The notes under the pieces were generated by a model. The model was not told where the DNA came from, did not search any database, and saw nothing but the letters and a program-made list of their open reading frames with translations. Of a stretch of DNA of 64,000 bases, positions 54,716 to 64,000 are shown piece by piece. A program made the position numbers and the translations under genes. The stretch's first letter is position 1. The number at the start of each line of letters is the position of its first letter. Source of the DNA: Octopus vulgaris (taxonomy: Eukaryota); assembly GCA_951406725.2 (NCBI GenBank), contig OX597820.1, positions 112,530,001 to 112,594,000 of the forward strand, in the 5' to 3' direction.

Positions 54716-57700
54716 TTTGTATAAACCTCAAGAAATTTGATAAAAGTTGAATTATAGTTAGGGTATGTCTGCCATATTTCCTGATATTATCCATGGATGG
54801 TAAAAGTACACTTTCAAGGTTTAACATCATAGGATGTATTGCACTCTAGTATAATTAATGTTGCTTTATCATTAGGACTCTCATTGTCTTGACACTTATT
54901 ACATTTTACATTGGATATACAAGTGCCATCATTATTCTACAAGGCTGATCTTGTATCTACAACAAGGGTCAACTGCTAAATATTACAACCCTTGACATAA
55001 AACTAGATAAGACAACGTTAGTTGATAATGCTACTTAGCCTAATAAACAAGTGTTTTCTATGATGGAAGAAGATGAATCCCAAAAGAGGTCAGTTTGGAG
55101 GAGGAATGAAATGATTTTACTATCAAATGCAGTTAAAAGATTTGCTTAAAACTTATATTTGAACGAGATGCTGATACAAAAACTGCGTCTGTATATTGTA
55201 AATCTATCAATTACAGCAGGAAAAATTCTGCTTAGCTCTGAGTGATGGAATACACTAGTTTTGTAGAGAGAGAGAGAAACATTAAACAATCATTTATGTT
55301 GAAGGTTTGCTGGGCTCAGGTGTTTGCCGCAGCACTAAGTGTCAGAAATATCTCACAAAAATAAGAAAAAACAAAACAAAGCAATAGCAAAAACAAAACT
55401 TATTACAATCAATTTTAGAATGCCAATATGATATAGGACTTGATAGCTAAATAACGCCCTGAATAATATAATAATCCTGAATAATATTGTTCATCTTGAA
55501 CATAAACAGTCCGCCATTTTGAATTTTGATATTGGCTAATGAACTGTTGTCTGCTTCTTTTTTCTTCACCATCATCTTTCAGTGTCCACTTTTCAACGCT
55601 TGCATGAGTCAGATAAAATATGTTGAGCAGGTTTTCTATGGGTGAATTCCCTTCTTGTGGCCAACCCTCACCTCTCTCCAAGTAAGGTAATATTTTCCCA
55701 TTGTCAGACATGTTTTTCATGGAAGACTGGAAACAAATAACTTCATTTGTATAATGGTGATGCTTGTTAATGTCAAGACAAGGGTACACACACTCATACA
55801 CATACATACATATCCCATACATACATACATATACCCTGGGCTTCTTTCAGTTTCCATCTCCCAAATCCATTTACAAGTCTTCGGTTGGCTTGGGCAGCAG
55901 AAGGAGACACATGCCCAAGGTGCCATACAGTGGGACTGAACCAGAGATCACATGATTAGGAAGAAAGCATCTTAGCCATGTGGGACTGAACTAAAGACTA
56001 AACAGTTAGGAACTACAGTCACGCCAGTTTTGTAATTTTACACTACAGTAAAATGAATATTATCATTCTAGAATATACAGTCAGGTAAACTTCAAAATGT
56101 TGATGATAGCATGGAATCAAGAAGATTGATATTTGAAAACCTTAGTAAATTAGAAAATGAGTAAATTACATGTTTGATTACAACTTATGGCCATATACTA
56201 AAATAAGCCAATCTAGTATTGGTAATTATCTCTGCTTTAAGTAGCTGGGAGATAAAACTCCTCTTCAATAGGATGTTGGTCCATTAAGGTTGTATCCCTA
56301 GTTAGAATAACAATACTCTCTACTGCAAGTCAATGAGGTATACTCATCAATATCACAGTGTTGCTGGTAAATAAAAAGCAAAATTATTCTATATATGCTT
56401 CATATTTAAAAAAAGTGAGCTTCCATGTGGTCACTTGAAATGTTAGACATTGCTGTCAAATATCCTTCCAATCACTCCTACTGATTTTTTATGAGGACAG
56501 GGCATAGTAAATAATGTGTTTAGAAGATAGGATGGTTGTGGATGGAATGTTGTTTATCATGGGTCTGCTTGTACAAAGTTGATGTGGGGTTAACAACAAT
56601 TTAGAGCTCTGGAAATTCCATTTTTGAGAGTTGTCTCAGACATAAATATAACACCATGTTGGTGACAGAATACAAACCATTAAACTTTTGGCTGGTTGAC
56701 TGGTACTCTAATTACTTAACATCCATGCTATACATATATATAGAAATTATACTCATGCATCAGATAGAAACACTAATATACAAATAAACAAATAGACATG
56801 AACCCATTATCACAGATAGATAGAGAGATAGTAACTATCTTTCTCTATTATACTTCAGTGGAGTAATATACATATTTACACTTAATATGTATCAGTGTAT
56901 ACATACACAAACGTTTCTATTACATTAAAAAATATGCGATGCACACTCCAAATACACTCTTGAAGATACAAATGCACAGACAGACACATACACACACGAA
57001 TTCACACCTAAACATATACACAGATGAATGGTAAGCCTAACATGCTACTTGGTTTAACACTGACATCTGGTCGTTGGATACCTTTAACAAGGGGGAATCA
57101 CATAATCTGGTGGTCTTGGCACTGCAGATGTGGGAATTTATCTCCCAACTAGCAATATAAACAAGAGTGCATTTTGCAACAAAAGCCAATATGAGAGTTT
57201 CTCTCATAGAATCTACTGTAGTAAAGTTTGTTCTAACAGAACATCCATGTTTAAGTGGAGATAGAGATTACCTTTAACAAAGTTCACTCTGTTATTAGCA
57301 TACATACCAGAACCCTAGTTCTCTGACCTTGTTTTTTAGGTTTTTTATGAGGACATTGACTCCTGACTACAAGAACAACAAGCAAGGACTTCTTTGCTAT
57401 TTTTTCCAAGCTATTATGGACTGAAATTTTGTTCACAGGCTGTATCAGAGTTTAATGTTTTTACAACTTCTTGTATAACCAGTACCGTGGTGTATTTTGT
57501 AGGTTTTTCACAGCTGACAATCATCTTAAGAAATCATCTTTATAAATATCAATTTGTAAAACAGGGTGTGTTGGAAAAACCTTCTGTATTTTGTATGGTC
57601 ATTGATGAGGTGCAAGTAAAATTAGGCAGATGGTAGCAGTATCTTCATGCAGCTAATGTTTTACTGTTTTTTTTTTGGGTTTTTTTGCAGTTACCATTTT

Positions 57701-59318
57701 GTTTTCAACTAGTGTATACCATGCATTTGCTATTGAAATGTTTATAAAGAATGGTGAATCCAGAAGGGTTGTTTTTTTTTTTGCTGCTCCCTGTACGAGG
57801 TGAACATAAATCGTAATATTGAATTCATAGGTCTGAGAGAGTCTTAAAAGAACAGGGACACTACTACTCCTCTCCTGATTAAACAACAGAAAACAATGGA
57901 GTGGAATGGTTATCCAGATAGTCAGAGTTCTAGTCTCACCCGAAATGAAGTAGTTAAAGGCTGCAGATTGATGGAGCGATGTGTTGTTGAATCAAATCTA
58001 GTATTTGACTGGTTCTTGTTATTTATATCTTCCAGTTTAGAAACTTCTGAGAACGGTATTGCCTTATAGCATCGTCATAGTTGCTGATGTTGTCATTGAC
58101 ATCAGTGTCATCGCTGCTACTTCTGCTACTGCCATTATTTATCATCTGCATTCCATGTTGGCATGGGTTGGCCAGTTTCACAGGATCCAATGAATGAAAG
58201 GATTACATTGAGTAGTTTGCTTTGGTATGGTTTTTATGGCTGGATGCCCTTCTTAATGTCAACCACTTTACAAAATACTGGGTACATTTTACATGCCATC
58301 AGCACAGTAAAGTCACCAAGTCACTCACAATACAGAGTTGGGGTGCAGTACTAAGGGAAGTGGCTTTGTTCCAGGGGCTTGAAAAATGTTCTTAGTTTAA
58401 TGAATCTAAAAAGTGTGTTCAAAATCAGTCTGATTATAACTTTTGGTCCCTATTCTAGAAGGAGAGAGTTTTAATAAAAGTAATATGAGCAATCTTTGAA
58501 TTAAGATAAGACTATCAGGATCTCCTTTTGATGGCATATAATGAAAGAGAAACCATTGAATTATCTGTTTGCAATTCCTGTAATATGACACTGAATCAGC
58601 CTTTCCATGGAACCAAATTGAAGATCAGTATGTTTTGACTATTTAACCATAGTACAATTTAAAGTTCAACTAGTTTAATTATGTCTATTTAATCATGCCA
58701 CAGGTCAGCATTTACATTATACAAACTTTGGGTGGCTCTACCTGAATTGGCATGATTTTCATTTTAAGATTATTATATTATTCTTTACATTCTGGAGCCT
58801 AAATACAGCTGAATGCAACAACAGCATCAAAAACAACCATATGTAAAAATAATAAAAATGATAAAAAAAAGCAACTATAAAGATAGATATATAGATAAAT
58901 AGCGAGAGAGGGGGAGATGGGAGAGAGAGGGAGATGGGAGAGAGAGGGAGAAGGCAGGAGAGGGAGAGAGAGAGGGCAGGAGAGAAAGAGAGAGAAAGAG
59001 AGGAGAGAAGAGGGAGAGAGCCAGAATAGAGAGACTAATTCTATGAGAAATAAGTACATTTTAATCTGTATCTCTTAGAGAAGTCCCTCTGTTTCCACCA
59101 GTTTCCAAGCATGAGGAATCTCTCCCACCACCATTTGTATTGCAATGGTTACAATTACTTAAACTCTTAATGTAAACACTACCTTCAACAGTCTTAAAAG
59201 CACACACACTCACACATACAGGTGGCGACAAACACACACACATATATATACAGTCACATACATATGTCAAGCTCAAGCTATATACATAATGAAAGAAGAT
59301 ACGTAATGTAGGCTTATG

Positions 59319-59360
<42 letters not shown>

Positions 59361-59507
59361 TGTACATACACATATACACACCACTAACTAGACAGAACAA
59401 ACATAAAAACAAAAGCACAACATTCATACTCTACTTGCTCACACACGTACACATACATATTAAGCACTAATTAGACATACAATAAACATAGCACATCACT
59501 CACAGTC

Positions 59508-59546
<39 letters not shown>

Positions 59547-59956
59547 AAAACATGCACACACGCACACACTCTTACTATGCACAACATACACATACCCACA
59601 CAAACATAAACACACAATTCAAACACACACATACACATACAAAAGCTGACAAAATATTTAATAAGGACATATTTAAAAACACAAAAAGCATTCATCTTTT
59701 CAAAATCCATGTTTGTTCGTTTAATCTTTTTTCCTGGAGATTTCTTAGAAGATAAGCAACTTAATAGGAACATCTGCACTTTTCATTTCATCCATCACTA
59801 CTTTTATAGGTTACACTTGCTACCGTGCATTTGCTAGCATTGCAAAAATCTTAAAAGAAACAACTTTTGGTAGGAAAAAAAAAGGATACATTAGTGAGAT
59901 TAATCATGTATTATAATATACTGCTGTTATTATCATTATTATTATTATTATTATCA

Positions 59957-59989
<33 letters not shown>

Positions 59990-60004
59990 TCATCATCATC
60001 ATCA

Positions 60005-60045
<41 letters not shown>

Positions 60046-61394
60046 GTGGAAAGCTGGCAGAATCATTAGCACACTGGGTGAAATGTTTAGTGGTATTTCG
60101 TCTGCCGTTACGTTCTTAGTTCAAATTCCGCCGAGGTCAATTTTGCCTTTCATCCTTTCGGGGTCGATAAATTAAGTACCCCACCCTACTGCCCCCAAAT
60201 TTAAGACTCATGCCTATAGATCAGTGTTTCTCAATTATTTTTTGCCTATAGATCCCTTTGATTCCCATTTTACTCAGATAGACCCTCATATCCATTTCAT
60301 CATCATCGTTTAACGTCCACTTTCCATGCTAGCATGGGTTGGACGTATGATTGAGGGCTGGCGAACCCGATGGCTGCACCAGGCTTCAATCTTGATCTGG
60401 CAGAGTTTCTATAGCTGGATGCCCTTCCTAACTCCAACCGCTCTGAGAGTGTAGTGGGTGCTTTTACGTGCCACCAGCATGGGGCCAGTCAGGCGGTACT
60501 GGCAACGATCTCGATCGAATCTTTTACACATTCCACTGGCACAGATGCCAGTAAGGCGATGCTGGTAACGATCACGCTCGAATGATGTCTTTTACGTGCC
60601 ACTGGCACAGAGGCCAGATAGCTGCTCTGGCATTGATCATGCTCGGATGGTGCTCTTAATACCCCACTAGCATGGGGCTCGAGTGCCAGTAATGTGACGC
60701 TGGTAACGATCACACTCGAGTGGTGCCTTTTAAGTGCCACTGGCCCGGAAGCCGGTTAGCCGCTCTGTCAATGATCACACTCGTATGGTGTTCTTTGCAC
60801 CTCACTAGCATGGACACCAGTCATTGAATTTGATTTTGATTTTTGATTTTATCTTTATAATTAAATATAAGGAAATGAATAAAAAAATTGCTGAAATGTG
60901 TTGTGTATTGTGGAAGTAAGACCAGTTTATTGCATATAAACTTTAACAACAAAATCTTATATGGACCCTCAAGGGTTATGTGGAAGAAATGCTTAACAGC
61001 ATTTCTTCTTGCTCTTTATGTGCTGAATTCAAATATTGTCCATCTTTTGGACTTGACAAATGCAGTACTTGCCAAGTACTAGAGTCAATGTAATCAACTA
61101 ATATCGCCTACTAAAATTCCTGGTCTTGTGCAAAAGTTTCAAATAATTATATAATTATTATTATTAAGGTGGCAAGCTGATAGAATCATTACGATGCCGG
61201 ACAAAATGCATAATGGTATGGCTTCCAAATCATTATATTCTGAGTTCAAATGTCACTGAGGTTACTTTGCCTTTCATCCTTTCAGGTCAATAAAATAAGT
61301 ACCAGTTAGACACTGGGATCAATGTAATTGACTTCCTCTTCCCTGAAATTGCTGGCCTTGTGCCAAAATTTGAAACCATTATAACTAGCATCAT

Positions 61395-61640
61395 TATCAT
61401 TTTACTTCTCAGGGCTCTCGATTTTAATTGAAAGCAGACAGCAACCTGTTGTCAAAGGACTCACACGGTTTCATTCCATGATACTTAACACCCAAGTACC
61501 AATCTCAAAATTCTCCCAATAGAGCAGATTTTTGAGCATGTCCTACCCTCATGTCAATTCCAATTTCTCCAACATATTTCTCAAACTTGGTTGATAGTGC
61601 TCCCAGTGCCCCTACAACTATGAAGATGACATCCTCTCTC
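61395..61640 (-). mobile_element. 3' fragment of a restriction-like-endonuclease LINE (R4/Dong-like)
   Basis: Translation IVVGALGALSTKFEKYVGEIGIDMRVGHAQKSALLG resembles the C-terminus of this class. Confidence 0.55.
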
Positions 61641-61656
61641 TTCACTAACAACTACA

Positions 61657-61696
<40 letters not shown>

Positions 61697-64000
61697 GGTG
61701 ACAAACTGGCAGAATTGTTAGCATGTCGGACAAAATGCTTAGTGGCATTTCGTCCATCTGTATGCTCTGAGTTCAAATTTTTCCTACATTGACTTTGCCT
61801 TTCATCTTTTCAGGGTCAATAAGTACCCATCAAGCACAGGCATCGATGTAATCAACAAGTCCTCTCCTCCCAAACTTCAGGTCTTGTGCCTTTAGTAGAA
61901 AGGATTATTATTATCATTTTCTTTGTGAAGGTGCATGACCTAGTGGTTAGGTATTTGGCCCATGGTCATATGTGCATGGGTTCGATTCCAGAATTGGACA
62001 GTAAGTTGTGTCCTTAAGTAAGATAATCATTCAGACACTGAGTGCTGGTACAGTCTTCTCTCTCTCCCTCCAGCTGTAACATCCTGGATGCTTGACTGGA
62101 TCAGAAGGTGAAAGGGCAGAGAAGATGCCTGTGTTTGCTCATCCTCACATAGGCACTTAAAGCAACTAGTGAATACTAAGTGAAAGTAGCAGTATCCACT
62201 ATACGTGTTTTTGCATCATACTCAGTATTTGGAAATATTATCAAGTGAAAGTAAATGGAAAAATATTTTTTGTTAAATAAGCATCTTCTAATAAAGCAAA
62301 AGGAATTCAATTTCTTTTTGTTTACTCTACCTGGTAGGGGGACGAAAAAAAATTCTTTAATTTGCAAAATAGAAATTTTCTTCTATTTGTGAATTAATAA
62401 CATGGCTTCAAGAAATGGCTACGAAAATAATAAGGAAAATTAACACATTCTTACAGACAGCAAACAGAGGGAAAAAAAAAAGAAAAAATTTCAATTTCTC
62501 AGCAGAATACACATATTTTACAAGAAAATTAATAGTTTTCATAATTTTTATACAGAAAGTAGCAACATTATATTGAATAATTTAAACATGACTAATGATA
62601 AGAACAACATACACACATTTCCTCCTACCATTCTGGGGGAAAAAAAAATGAGTGAAAATTTTATTTGTGTGATAAAAGACAATCGTAGGTGTTTGTTTTT
62701 GACTAACTCTGCTCCAATAGAGAGACTTGAGGATGTATGACTTGCTGAATGAAGAAAAGGTTTAGAATCAACATTAATTTATTGATAGCTTCGAGTTCAC
62801 ATCTGAGTACATTCCCACGGTAGATGCAAACAATAATTCCTTCACTAAAGTGGTTGATCTTTATTGCTGGATATTTCTAGTTCCTCTGCTCCTTAACATG
62901 TGATGAGTCACCACTGGCTTAAGCAAGTTCCTCTATTGCATTACCACATCCACCAGCCACCATGTTGCAGCCCATGGTTTCAATGTCACCTGGTCAGGGA
63001 ATATTTTATTGAGTCTTGACTCCTCTAGATTCACTATATTTTGCTCAAAACCTCAAGATAAATATGACTCTTAACCATGCACAGCACCCTATTGTGTGAG
63101 GAGGCTAGGAGCATATCCATTATATCACCTCTGATTCTCAGAGTTTAGAGTAGATCTGATACACAACTGCCATTGTCAATTGCTTTTTATAATTGACTCG
63201 TGAAATTTATGTCTCTCTCTCACAAACACACACACACACACACACACTGCATACTCCTGCTAGTTCTTGTCACTCTTGACTCCTGAAGTCAAAATAGGAA
63301 TGGCTCAAACTAGCATTTTATTGTGTGTAGAGTGCAAACACTGAAGGTTGATATTGTCACTTCCTGCATTTTATGACTACATACTTTTAGGATCTGTAGC
63401 ATATTTTTTTAGATCCATTTTTGATTTTAACCTCATTGTTAGTTTTGAGTACTATGCACACAGTTCTGTTGGCTTTGCCTCAGCTGAAGGAGGTGATATT
63501 ATTCTGCACATTGGCTAGAGCCACTTGTAATTGCTCATTCATGGGCATGGGAAAGGCCCTGTGGCTTTTGAAATTCAGGAATTTGTTATTTTTCTGTCCT
63601 ACTGTTCAATAAGGAATTGAGACAAGGATGCACTCTCCTTTGTCACATATCTCTGCCAGGTACACCTTTTCTTCATTATAATGAAGAAAAGGAGTCCAGG
63701 CAACTTGCCCAGAATGATAGATAATTATCTATCATTTTGGGCAGGTTGCCTGGACCAATACAACTTTCTCTTTCCATCTGTTCTTGTCTTCCATGATATT
63801 TTTGAGATAGAAACTATTATTGATATTATTAGACAAGATACTCTGTCTAATACTATATTCCTTTGCCTTCACCTTTTTGATATAAATCTACCAAAGACCA
63901 CTGCTAGTTCTATGATATAAACTTCCTGTTTTAAAGTGATCTTAAATTAGAAATTTCATAATGATGATCATTTCCCAAGATTCTTTATTACTGTCAAATT

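Noticed and set aside
62780-63920. Possible old retroelement coding remnant
   Set aside because: No diagnostic motif could be read with confidence.

Overview
AT-rich, microsatellite-laden eukaryotic DNA. The repeat landscape looks like Octopus/coleoid cephalopod; this is an inference from recalled SINE families and was not verified. The window is mostly intronic sequence of a minus-strand circadian bHLH-PAS gene of the BMAL1/CYCLE (ARNTL) type. Four exons (39945-40077, 24380-24445, 17604-17761, 4553-4632) have canonical GT-AG sites and splice in frame to ...[114 protein letters not shown]...; the gene continues beyond position 1. The introns hold SINEs, decayed mariner/Tc1 elements, a non-autonomous Helitron, LINE fragments and one decayed Penelope-like retroelement (RT + GIY-YIG). 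The most striking unexplained structure is a set of mutually dissimilar short elements, mostly TA-microsatellite-flanked and often fold-back, that carry hammerhead-ribozyme motifs. Two families replace the canonical C3:G8 core pair with compensatory G3:C8 and U3:A8 pairs. There is also a near-perfect palindrome of about 1.37 kb. Nearly all ORF-track entries are microsatellite or repeat artefacts.
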